In this document: one piece after another, positions 7,739 through 16,292 of the stretch | How the letters are laid out: the number at the start of each line of letters is the position of its first letter | Numbering within the stretch: position 1 is the stretch's first letter | Virus record (IMG/VR): IMGVR_UViG_2529292698_000003 | DNA length: 64,000 nt | Strand: one strand, 5' to 3' | Source: a virus | Program-made: the position numbers and the translations under genes | The notes under the pieces: model-generated | Databases searched by the model: none | Told to the model about the DNA's origin: nothing | What the model saw: the letters and a program-made list of their open reading frames with translations, nothing else

Positions 7739-8293
7739 TCAAAAAATTTCTTTTAATTTTTCATCTTTAACTATCTTCCTCAATTTCCTAGAATAAGAAC
7801 CGTCTTCTGCATATATCCTGTCTAATAACTGGTATAATTGGGTTTCTGTTTTACATTCATCAGCATAAGTACTATACCATAATGCATAATCTAGGAGTGA
7901 TTCCTCGTAATTGTTATAATAAGCATGACCATATTGAGTTCCTAATGCTAAATTTAATCTTACTTTTGCTTCTTTTTGACCAAAACAGTTATGGTTCTCG
8001 ACAAATATTCTTGATGTAAAATTTCCTGTTTCTAATTTAGATTGAGCTAAAACTATATGAGGAAATTTAAAATTTAATCTATCAATCTTATCTACCAACT
8101 TATCTTCTGTAAATTTAGCAGTGTCTTCTACTAATAATATAGCCTCTGTTTCAATATAAGTATGATAAATTGTTCTACTTGTTTCTATTGTAAAATAGAA
8201 TATAGTGAACATGCTTAATATCATTAAATATTTAAACCACCACCTAGTGAGTTTATATTCAAGTGTTTGTTTATCAAATCTATACAACTTCAT
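7739..8293 (-). CDS. Membrane-anchored glucosaminidase-family (GH73-like) peptidoglycan hydrolase
   Basis: N-terminal TM; VLAQSKLETG, NHNCFG, YAED..Y..KL. Confidence 0.7.
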   Translation of the reverse strand: MKLYRFDKQTLEYKLTRWWFKYLMILSMFTIFYFTIETSRTIYHTYIETEAILLVEDTAKFTEDKLVDKIDRLNFKFPHIVLAQSKLETGNFTSRIFVENHNCFGQKEAKVRLNLALGTQYGHAYYNNYEESLLDYALWYSTYADECKTETQLYQLLDRIYAEDGSYSRKLRKIVKDEKLKEIF

Positions 8294-8313
8294 AACTTTT
8301 ATTTTAATTTAAT

Positions 8314-8835
8314 CTAATAACTTTTATTTAAGAATACAACTTTTTTAGGCCTTCCTCGTTTTTTTCGAGGTTTAACAGAGTGGTCAAAAGTTTTACGAAC
8401 ATAATAATATAATTCTTCTATTGTACCTTCAAAGTTAACCACAAGATCTTCATATTCTTTTTCGGACATTATAAAATGAGATAAAAAATTTTTTTTAAGT
8501 TCTTCTAATAAAGAGTTTTCATTTTTTTCAAAATCCTCCCATAATCTTTTTCTACGTTCAAAATCAATTTTATGGTTTTCTAATAATTTTTGCATATCAT
8601 TATTATATTCTTCATATTTAGCATTAATCTCTATTTCACAATAACAAGCTTGATAATAATAATGTGAATATTCAAACTCTTTATTCTTAATTCTATCTAA
8701 AAATGAAGCGCCTTGAGGTAAAGGTTTATTAGGATTATCAAATCTTCTCCACCAAAAAAATCTATTATAATTTAGAGGTTGGAGCTCAGAAATTTTTCTT
8801 TTAATATAATCAGGATTTGAGACTTTATATAACAT
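8314..8835 (-). CDS. Hypothetical protein with C-terminal KKRGRPKK
   Basis: ORF with its own class 1 promoter. Confidence 0.6.
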   Translation of the reverse strand: MLYKVSNPDYIKRKISELQPLNYNRFFWWRRFDNPNKPLPQGASFLDRIKNKEFEYSHYYYQACYCEIEINAKYEEYNNDMQKLLENHKIDFERRKRLWEDFEKNENSLLEELKKNFLSHFIMSEKEYEDLVVNFEGTIEELYYYVRKTFDHSVKPRKKRGRPKKVVFLNKSY

Positions 8836-8853
8836 AACCTTTAATTTTGATTT

Positions 8854-8882
8854 AATATACGAAATCTATTCTATATCTCCAA
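8854..8882 (-). promoter_or_regulatory. Class 1 promoter TTGGAG-N17-TATATT
   Basis: Exact motif and spacer. Confidence 0.7.
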
Positions 8883-8886
8883 GCTT

Positions 8887-9984
8887 TTAGTATTCTATTT
8901 GATTATCTTTTAAATTTTGAAGATCTTTTAACTGTTTGCCTAGATGTGTAAGCGCTAATCCTTTTTTCTTTGATGAAACTGTAGAGGATTGGATTTTAGT
9001 AATTTCCTTCTCTGTATTCCTAATTTGTTCCTCTAATTTTTTAGCATCTTGAGATACCTCTTTATTCATTTGTTTTTCTAATTCAACTTGTGGATCAGGA
9101 ATTATTGGTTGTTTATCAGGTTGAACCATAATAGTGGGTTGTATTTTAGGTTCTTGCTTTATTTCACCATACATGTTTTTCTTGGGTTTAGTATTTTTAA
9201 ACGCTTGATTTGTTGCTATAACTAGAGCAATGGCTAATGGGTCAAAAACAAATATTAATATTAATATGAGCCAATTAGCTACGGTTTTAAGGGGTTTACC
9301 TGTTATTTCACTCATATATTTTATTACACCTAGTTCTCCATTTAATTCCTCAGTTGATTCTAGGTTTAAGATTTCTAATTCAAGTTTAGTTATACTATCA
9401 TTCAAAACATCTATTTGTTTTGAGATTGTATCCCTAGATTGGATTGAGAGTTCTAATTGGGTTTCAAATGTTTTACGAGCAGCGCTAGAAGTTGTTGAGA
9501 TTATTTCTCCGGTTTCTTTATCTTTATATTCTATTCTTGTCCCAGAAGAGAGTTGCTTTCGGAGTTCTGAGATGTCTTTTGTTAGAGTGGATTTTTCGGT
9601 TTGTTTTTCTTGTTTGGTAATTAAAAATCTATCTTTTTTAACTTCTATATTTTCTATAATACTTTGGTTAATGTTTAGGTTTGCAATGTTTTCGGTAAAT
9701 CCTTTACTCAACAAACCATAAATTCCTATAGAGGTAATTAAAGATAGTACTATTAACGCACCTGTTAAATATAATTTTAAAAAAGTATAGGTATTTTTCC
9801 ATTGGTTGTGGAGATATGTTGCAATTACAAGTTTAGAAGATTCTAAAAAGGATCCCATTATAATAACAGGTAAGGCAACAGCATTAAAAACAATTGAGAG
9901 CCCTAATACACTATAATAAGCAGCGGTAGTGGATAATCCTAAAGCACATATTAGTAATATCCAAGGTAATAATTTATTATTCAT
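8887..9984 (-). CDS. Multi-pass membrane protein with long coiled coil
   Basis: Three N-terminal hydrophobic helices, heptad region, further TM LILILIFVFDPLAIALVIA. Confidence 0.7.
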   Translation of the reverse strand: MNNKLLPWILLICALGLSTTAAYYSVLGLSIVFNAVALPVIIMGSFLESSKLVIATYLHNQWKNTYTFLKLYLTGALIVLSLITSIGIYGLLSKGFTENIANLNINQSIIENIEVKKDRFLITKQEKQTEKSTLTKDISELRKQLSSGTRIEYKDKETGEIISTTSSAARKTFETQLELSIQSRDTISKQIDVLNDSITKLELEILNLESTEELNGELGVIKYMSEITGKPLKTVANWLILILIFVFDPLAIALVIATNQAFKNTKPKKNMYGEIKQEPKIQPTIMVQPDKQPIIPDPQVELEKQMNKEVSQDAKKLEEQIRNTEKEITKIQSSTVSSKKKGLALTHLGKQLKDLQNLKDNQIEY

Positions 9985-9991
9985 ATTAATA

Positions 9992-10020
9992 AATATAAAT
10001 AACTATATCTAAGAAATCAA
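9992..10020 (-). promoter_or_regulatory. Class 1 promoter TTGATT-N17-TATATT
   Basis: Exact spacer; a TATTTATA late-type core (9994-10001) overlaps it. Confidence 0.6.
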
Positions 10021-10036
10021 ATACTTTTTAGCATTT

Positions 10037-10654
10037 TTACTTATCTTTTTCTGTGGCATACTTAACACCCATAATAGTACCTATAATACTAAATGAGTTA
10101 GTTAATAGAATACCAAATAAATTAGACCATGTAGATTCAATTATTTTGGAATCAGCACCCGTTGATAATACATATAAATATAAAGCCGTTGTCAGCAATC
10201 CAACCCCAAGTATAACCCAGAGTGCAACTTTTACAATAAGTCCCATTAACTCAAACTGGGTACGTTTTTGGAGAGTATCTAGATCTTCCATAGCAGCGTC
10301 TCTAAGTTTTTCAGCTTCTGATTTAGCAATCATAGCTTCTTTTTCAGCAACACGTGCTTCTTCCATTGCTTTTTCAGTTTCATCTAAAGCTTTTGATAGT
10401 TGCTTATTTACCCTATTATTTTCTTTTGCTGCTGCTTCAAGTTCTTTATTTTGTTCTTGGACTTGTTTAGTTACTTCTAATCGTTTTCTACGAGTAGATA
10501 CATCTTTTTCTTTACAAATCTTAAGGTATTCCTCAAATTCCGTGTCACCTTTTGGGGCTTTAAGGATTTTGAGGAAATTACCTTCTACATAGATTTTTTT
10601 CTTTTTTGCAACCTCTAGTAGAACATTTCTAGTATGTTCTGTTACTTCGATCAT
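10037..10654 (-). CDS. Coiled-coil protein with two C-terminal TM helices
   Basis: Heptad stretch then LIVKVALWVILGVGLLTTALYLYVL and LFGILLTNSFSIIGTIMGV; TAATG-coupled to the receiver gene. Confidence 0.7.
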   Translation of the reverse strand: MIEVTEHTRNVLLEVAKKKKIYVEGNFLKILKAPKGDTEFEEYLKICKEKDVSTRRKRLEVTKQVQEQNKELEAAAKENNRVNKQLSKALDETEKAMEEARVAEKEAMIAKSEAEKLRDAAMEDLDTLQKRTQFELMGLIVKVALWVILGVGLLTTALYLYVLSTGADSKIIESTWSNLFGILLTNSFSIIGTIMGVKYATEKDK

Positions 10655-11091
10655 TATCTATAAATCTTAAAAGGAGCAGACTTAGCTTTATAAGCTTCAT
10701 AATCACCCATAAAATCCTCTAAACGAGGTTCAATGTCATCTGATTTAATAATCCAGAATTGTGCACCTACTTTTTTAGCTCTTTCAATTTCTTCCTCATC
10801 TTCTGATGATGATATAATTCCTATTACTACTCCATCCCCATATTCAAAATTAATCTTTCTAATCATTTCAATACCATCAAATGATGAACCAATTATATTC
10901 AAATCTACAAATACACATTCTGGTCTTTCATGATCTGGATCATTAGGGAACCATTTTTTAAATAGTCTGTCGGCTTCATCTGAGCTGTCTAAAGCTTCAA
11001 ATGATAAAGCCATATCCAAAATTGAACATGCATCCTCAAATACTAGATGAAATAAGTTTTCATCATCAATTAACATTAATGTATTAATCAT
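10654..11091 (-). CDS. Single-domain response regulator (receiver)
   Basis: LMLIDDE acidic pocket, FVDLN phospho-Asp, IISSS, WIIKS Lys; no output domain. Confidence 0.88.
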   Translation of the reverse strand: MINTLMLIDDENLFHLVFEDACSILDMALSFEALDSSDEADRLFKKWFPNDPDHERPECVFVDLNIIGSSFDGIEMIRKINFEYGDGVVIGIISSSEDEEEIERAKKVGAQFWIIKSDDIEPRLEDFMGDYEAYKAKSAPFKIYR

Positions 11092-12362
11092 TAGTTTATT
11101 TTTATTTTTATTTTAGTACCTTTTTTAACTTTTCCAATAATAATATCAAAACCGTGTTCCTTAAGAATTTCAATACAGATGTTAAGTCCTAATCCTGTAC
11201 CTTGTTCTTTTTGGTTTTCTTTTCTAGTATAAGGTTTAGAAAACTCCCAAAACTCTTCTGAGGTTAATCCACGCCCGTTATCTTGTATACATATAAAGTT
11301 TTCTTCAGAGTATATTTTAACCCATTTAGTAGGAGAATCATTGTATTTAAGACCATTGCGAATTAAATTATCAACAGCTGTACAGAATAATGCTTCATTT
11401 GCTTTTAGATCTTTTGGTAAGTTCTCATCTAAAATAACTTGATTTTTATAAGCTGTAAGGCGTAAATAATCTTCAAGAATATTTTTTATATTACACTTAG
11501 TTACAGACATTTGAGCATTATTTTTTACTAAATTAGTAAATTCATAAACTCCAGAATATACTTTTTGGGAGTGTTTTAATCCATCCTCTATTAATTGTAG
11601 AGGTGCTTGGATTCTTAACTCTTTGATTTGCTCTTCAGATAATCTTCTCTTCAACGATTTGATACCTCTAGGTAAGTATGTGTTAATACCCGAGTGCATA
11701 TCATGTCTAATAATTTTAGAGGCGTGTTCTAAGTAAATATTCTTTTGAGCAATTTCATCTGTTGCTTTAATAATATCAGTAAGATCTTGTCTAACTGAGA
11801 CGTATTCAATCACATTATCATCATCATCAAAATTTGCTTTAATGTATGTGTCCACATAATAAAAACCGCCATCTTTTCGTTTATTGGTAACTACATCGTG
11901 CCAAATCTTACCTTGATGAACTGTATCATACATACCCTTCCAATATTTTTTAGGTTGTGTACCTGAATTAACTATAACGTGATCTCTTCCTTTAACTTCT
12001 TCAAATTTCCAACCAGATACCTCTTCAAACTTTTCATTTACATATGTTATCTTTGCTTTTGAATCTGCTTTAGTAACAATTGTTGCTTCTTGTATAAAAT
12101 CTTCAAATCGTTTGAACGAATGTATTTGTTTATCCAATTCTTCAGTTACTTTTTTCTTCTTATATAAAAACTCACTAACTACTTTAAAAAAAGGAGGCAT
12201 AAAGAATATTACACAACCCCAACCAAATTTAGCTAATTCTAAAGAGGGTTCACATAATCCAAATACAATACAAGTTTGTACTGCAAAGAAGGTTAACATA
12301 ATAATGCCTGCAATTGCTAAGGAAATTTTGGCATTAAGTGATATGCCATCTAAAGCACTCAT
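11091..12362 (-). CDS. Membrane-bound PAS/PAC sensor histidine kinase
   Basis: 2 TMs; PAS ITYVNEKF..VSGW...GRDH / W...TNKRKDGGFYYVDT; H-box IIRHDMHS; NLIRNGLKY, DNGRG, GTGLGL. Confidence 0.88.
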   Translation of the reverse strand: MSALDGISLNAKISLAIAGIIMLTFFAVQTCIVFGLCEPSLELAKFGWGCVIFFMPPFFKVVSEFLYKKKKVTEELDKQIHSFKRFEDFIQEATIVTKADSKAKITYVNEKFEEVSGWKFEEVKGRDHVIVNSGTQPKKYWKGMYDTVHQGKIWHDVVTNKRKDGGFYYVDTYIKANFDDDDNVIEYVSVRQDLTDIIKATDEIAQKNIYLEHASKIIRHDMHSGINTYLPRGIKSLKRRLSEEQIKELRIQAPLQLIEDGLKHSQKVYSGVYEFTNLVKNNAQMSVTKCNIKNILEDYLRLTAYKNQVILDENLPKDLKANEALFCTAVDNLIRNGLKYNDSPTKWVKIYSEENFICIQDNGRGLTSEEFWEFSKPYTRKENQKEQGTGLGLNICIEILKEHGFDIIIGKVKKGTKIKIKIN

Positions 12363-12365
12363 TTT

Positions 12366-12566
12366 TTACAATTCGGATTTTTTGAATCCACATTTACCGA
12401 AGAACCATTTTGAAGGACAAAAACCTGTCCATACTCCAACGTTCAACATAAATGTTACAAAAATTACTATACCCCAAGACTGTGTAAAATATCCTGTGAG
12501 CAATACAAATGACATTAAAAGATACACCATACGCGTATCAGTAATACTATTTAATAATTTTTTCAT
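12366..12566 (-). CDS. Small membrane protein, DUF2892/YgaP-like
   Basis: Two hydrophobic helices followed by TGFCP...FGKCG. Confidence 0.55.
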   Translation of the reverse strand: MKKLLNSITDTRMVYLLMSFVLLTGYFTQSWGIVIFVTFMLNVGVWTGFCPSKWFFGKCGFKKSEL

Positions 12567-12985
12567 GATCTTTTGCCTTTATGTTTATCGATTTTATCTA
12601 AAATAATGTTTAATAACTCATTTTTGATAAAACCTGCCATAGAAGCATTTTTAAGAGCAGACATTAATTGAAAAACTATAAATGGGGTAATAACTGTTTC
12701 ACTTAACCAACTAGTACCCTCAAAACCTTTTTCAATCATTAGGATTGCTGTAAGGATTATCTCCCAGGTTGCTAATGATTTTAATACTTTAAGGGCCTTA
12801 TATGTTTTGAATCCTTCTCTTTTGATGCCGGCTATTACACCAAAAAACCCATCTAATAGAAGTACAGCAGCAACCGCTAGATATTGTTCTGCATTAGCCA
12901 TTGTTAAATCCATAAAATAGGAACAAATAAATCCTATTGATGCTGATCCAGCTATTGTTACTTTCATGTATGTCGATTTGATCAT
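12563..12985 (-). CDS. Putative holin (toxin-secretion/phage-lysis holin type)
   Basis: 3-4 TMs, LLDGFFGVIAG, QLMSALKNASMAG, basic C-terminal tail; directly after endolysin. Confidence 0.6.
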   Translation of the reverse strand: MIKSTYMKVTIAGSASIGFICSYFMDLTMANAEQYLAVAAVLLLDGFFGVIAGIKREGFKTYKALKVLKSLATWEIILTAILMIEKGFEGTSWLSETVITPFIVFQLMSALKNASMAGFIKNELLNIILDKIDKHKGKRS

Positions 12986-13076
12986 CTTTAGTATAGGGTT
13001 ATAGTTTATATAAAAGCAATTTTAATACGAATCCATAATCTTTATATCCAAAGTAATGATTTAAATTCTTTTGTTT

Positions 13077-13086
13077 TTATAAATAT
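13077..13086 (-). promoter_or_regulatory. Class 2 (late-type) motif ATATTTATAA heading holin-HK-RR unit
   Basis: Exact motif in intergenic gap. Confidence 0.6.
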
Positions 13087-13101
13087 CTTCTAACTCTTTC
13101 A

Positions 13102-13983
13102 TTACAAACTTATCAGCATGTCCATCAACTCTTGTTGTGGGAACATATCTACTTTATCTTTTCTAGTATTAGTATGAGTCCAAAGACCTTTTACTCTTCC
13201 GTAATAAGCATCTTCGTTAAATTCGAATGCATCAGCACCTTTTTCTTTAATTAAGGCAGGTAAACCAGCTCTTACATCAATATTATCTCTTTCAGCAATC
13301 CATAAAATCCATTTATGTAAAGCTTCAATTTGAGCATCTGAGTAACGATGCCATAATTTATGTCCTCTAAATTCTTTATCTAATTCTACAATCTGTGAAT
13401 CTGCGACTGTAGTACCTGCATAGGTTTTACCATTTACTATATAACCAAAATTACATACTTCAATACCAATTGAGTTTACATGCATTTTTTGAGAACCGTT
13501 TTTACCTAAGTGCCAGCCATAATTTCCTTCTGGGAATGCTTGTACCATTTCTCCATCGTACTTATCATCATTTCCTTTTACGGAGGGGCCTCCTAATACG
13601 AATTCTGTAGCTACTGCACCTCTTGAATCTCTACCCCAACTATCAATTGTTTTGTATGGGTTGTGCCAACCTGCTGTATGGTGTAAAAATAACCATTCAG
13701 CATTAATAGGACCTTGTTTATATTCGCCTACTGGGAGAAAATGTCTGTTAATTACTAAACCATTATCTGTTGTATAAACTTTTTCAGAAGTATCTGTAGT
13801 AGCTAATCCCATTGCATCCCATGTAGCAGGACCTACAATACCATCAGCAACTAAATTATTATTAGTTTGCCATTTTTGAACAGCAGATTTGGTTCCTACA
13901 CCAAAGATACCATCAGCATTAATATTTAAAAATTCTTGTAGTTCTTTTACGTCTTTACCTCGTGAACCTATTTTTAGTAACAT
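13102..13983 (-). CDS. Endolysin: PG-binding domain plus N-acetylmuramoyl-L-alanine amidase (Amidase_2)
   Basis: DGIFGVGTKSAV..WQ...L.ADGIVGPATW; FLHHTAG; IGIE; HTNTRKDKVDMFP. Confidence 0.88.
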   Translation of the reverse strand: MLLKIGSRGKDVKELQEFLNINADGIFGVGTKSAVQKWQTNNNLVADGIVGPATWDAMGLATTDTSEKVYTTDNGLVINRHFLPVGEYKQGPINAEWLFLHHTAGWHNPYKTIDSWGRDSRGAVATEFVLGGPSVKGNDDKYDGEMVQAFPEGNYGWHLGKNGSQKMHVNSIGIEVCNFGYIVNGKTYAGTTVADSQIVELDKEFRGHKLWHRYSDAQIEALHKWILWIAERDNIDVRAGLPALIKEKGADAFEFNEDAYYGRVKGLWTHTNTRKDKVDMFPQQELMDMLISL

Positions 13984-13985
13984 AA

Positions 13986-14243
13986 TTATTCCCCCTTTTT
14001 CGTAAATATTTTTGTTATACCATCAATACCAAACGAACCTAAAGTAATAATTACGAAGGAATTGAAAATAGTATCAGTAATTAATAATTCTTTACCTAAT
14101 GCACCCGTGATAATATCAGCTGCGGCAAATATTACCATTACTGCAAATGAAGAGAATCCAACGATATTCTTTTCGTTAAGATCATTACTATCTTTAAATA
14201 TGTCTTTAAATGCCATAAATTTGGTTTTAATATATTGAATCAT
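13986..14243 (-). CDS. Small two-TM membrane protein (holin/antiholin candidate)
   Basis: Two hydrophobic segments, immediately upstream of endolysin. Confidence 0.5.
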   Translation of the reverse strand: MIQYIKTKFMAFKDIFKDSNDLNEKNIVGFSSFAVMVIFAAADIITGALGKELLITDTIFNSFVIITLGSFGIDGITKIFTKKGE

Positions 14244-14269
14244 AGAAAACTATTAGGTGGAACGTTTTG

Positions 14270-14279
14270 TTATAAATAC
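14270..14279 (-). promoter_or_regulatory. Class 2 late-type motif GTATTTATAA
   Basis: 26 nt upstream of ATG 14243. Confidence 0.6.
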
Positions 14280-14280
14280 A

Positions 14281-14309
14281 AAAAAAAGGAATGCTATTGC
14301 ATCCCTTTT
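14281..14309 (-). terminator. Intrinsic terminator
   Basis: AAAAGGGATGC-AATA-GCATTCCTTTT followed by T run. Confidence 0.75.
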
Positions 14310-14331
14310 CTAAAAACAATATTTTTTCTTT

Positions 14332-14544
14332 TTATTTGCTTAATAAGTTTTTTACCCAAGATTTAGCTAAATCCCAATTTCGTGTAGCAAATACACCAAA
14401 TGCGAATCCAGCATAAATTTTATAGCCAAAGGCCCATAAAATTAAACCTGCGATAAGTCCTAAAACTCCTTCGATTCCATTAGCTACGATCCAACCTTTA
14501 ACAATTGTAAAGATTTTCTTAATAAAATTTAATACATTTTTCAT
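14332..14544 (-). CDS. Small membrane protein
   Basis: 70 aa, Gly-rich hydrophobic core. Confidence 0.6.
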   Translation of the reverse strand: MKNVLNFIKKIFTIVKGWIVANGIEGVLGLIAGLILWAFGYKIYAGFAFGVFATRNWDLAKSWVKNLLSK

Positions 14545-14576
14545 AATAAGTTATTTTAATATGTTAATACATATTG

Positions 14577-16289
14577 TTATCCTTCACAACTAAGGCATCC
14601 ATCACTAATTCTTGAACCTAAATCCCCTTTAATTACTGAATCTGTGCGTAAATAGTAAAGGGTTTTAATACCTAATCTCCAGCTTTCCATATGTACCTGA
14701 TTAATCCATTTAGGGGAATCTGTTGGTGCAAAAGCTAAGTTAAGAGACTGAGTTTGGTCAATATACTTCTGGCGGATTGCTGCTTGTTGAACAAGTCCTA
14801 ACTGGTTTATTTCAGCAAATGTCAAATATACTTCTTTTTCCTCTTCAGTTAAAATATCATTAGGGATGTTTTGAACTGAACCATCATCTGCTAATATTGT
14901 ATCCCAAATTTTAGAGGTATTTTTTCCTTTACTTTCTAGTAATTTTTCTAGTTCAGGATTTTTAACAATAAATGTTCCTTTAGCACCGTTAAATACATAA
15001 ACATTTGCTGGTTGAGGTTCAATACCTGCTGAGCAACCATTGATACGTGAGTTGGAAACTGTAGGGGCAATTGCCATTAGGTGAGTATTTCTCATTCCTG
15101 TTCCTTTACACCATAAAGGTTCTCCAAACTCAACAGCCATTTTACGAGATGCTGCTTCTGCTTTAGATTTAATGTCATTAAAAATAGTATGTGTCCAAGC
15201 AGTAGAAGCAATTGAATTAAATGGTAAGTTTTTCTGTTGTAAAAATGTATGCCAACCCATTACACCTAAACCAAGTGCTCTACCTTTTTTAGCATGTCTG
15301 TGGGTACGAATCATTGAATCTTTCCCATTAGTTTTATCAATGAATTCCTGCATTACGCCATCTAGAAAATAGGTTGCTAATTCAACTGTATCTGTGTCTT
15401 TCCATTCATCATATTTTGCTAAGTTAAGTGATGATAAGCAACAAATAAATGAATGTTCTTCATCTGTAAATAATGTAATCTCGGAACATATGTTGGTCAT
15501 GGTAACATCTAAATTGTTCATTAGATATGCCATTGGGTTTACTTTGTTTACATTATCTTTAAACATGATATATGGCTCACCTGTTTCAACTCTTGATTTA
15601 AGAATTTCTAACCATAAATTCATTGCCTCTTGATCTCTATCATTTAATTTTTTCATGAAAGAATCATCAACAACAACACATTGATGTAGATTAAGACATT
15701 GTCTATTTACATCACCTTTTGGTCTACGAATTTGTAAAAATTCTTTAATATCAGGATGATTAACATCTAAGTTAACTGAGGCTGCTCCTCTTCTAACTGA
15801 GCCTTGGTTGGTAGCTATGATTGTAGAGTCATAGATTTTAGCCCAAGGAACTACCCCTTCTGATTTACCATTTCCTGTGATTTCAGTTCCACGTGGTCTA
15901 ATTCTACTTAATGAGATTCCAACTCCTCCTCCGTAAGAGGTAAGTCGCATAAGTTCAGCATTTGTTAATCCAATTCCCCTAATACTATCAGGAGTATCAA
16001 TACCAAAACATGAAATAGGAAGACCACGATCAGTACCTGTGTTTGATAGGACTGGTGAAGCAAGTCCAAGCCATCCATTCCAAATAATTTTAAAATATTT
16101 GTTAGCTAAATCTGGTCGGTTTTGTCTTTCAGCAATTGCATTAGCTACTCTTTTATATGCTTTTTTAGGAGTTTCTCCAGGCAAAAGATAACCTTTGGAA
16201 ATTGTAGATAAAGCTACTTCATCCATATGTTCAGGATAATCTTTACCTCGTTCCCATTGTTTGTAATCTGCTATTAAATTGTTATCCAT
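14577..16289 (-). CDS. nrdA: Class Ia ribonucleotide reductase alpha subunit
   Basis: LASPVLSN, ISCF, TNICSEI, LGLGVMG, IAPTVSN, KTLYY, C-terminal CLSCEG; no ATP cone. Confidence 0.95.
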   Translation of the reverse strand: MDNNLIADYKQWERGKDYPEHMDEVALSTISKGYLLPGETPKKAYKRVANAIAERQNRPDLANKYFKIIWNGWLGLASPVLSNTGTDRGLPISCFGIDTPDSIRGIGLTNAELMRLTSYGGGVGISLSRIRPRGTEITGNGKSEGVVPWAKIYDSTIIATNQGSVRRGAASVNLDVNHPDIKEFLQIRRPKGDVNRQCLNLHQCVVVDDSFMKKLNDRDQEAMNLWLEILKSRVETGEPYIMFKDNVNKVNPMAYLMNNLDVTMTNICSEITLFTDEEHSFICCLSSLNLAKYDEWKDTDTVELATYFLDGVMQEFIDKTNGKDSMIRTHRHAKKGRALGLGVMGWHTFLQQKNLPFNSIASTAWTHTIFNDIKSKAEAASRKMAVEFGEPLWCKGTGMRNTHLMAIAPTVSNSRINGCSAGIEPQPANVYVFNGAKGTFIVKNPELEKLLESKGKNTSKIWDTILADDGSVQNIPNDILTEEEKEVYLTFAEINQLGLVQQAAIRQKYIDQTQSLNLAFAPTDSPKWINQVHMESWRLGIKTLYYLRTDSVIKGDLGSRISDGCLSCEG

Positions 16290-16292
16290 TTT

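Noticed and set aside
10654-12362. Host chromosomal contamination or a moron explaining the two-component genes
   Set aside because: Same strand, composition and overlap-coupling as flanking phage genes, with phage promoter motifs on both sides and no att or IS ends
13024-13051. Possible ninth class 1 promoter (TTTGGAT...TATTAA) before the holin-like gene
   Set aside because: -10 and spacing both deviate from the other eight
13061-13102. 13-aa ORF MKELEDIYKNKRI coupled to the endolysin stop
   Set aside because: Too short to support and it spans the late promoter motif; likely incidental
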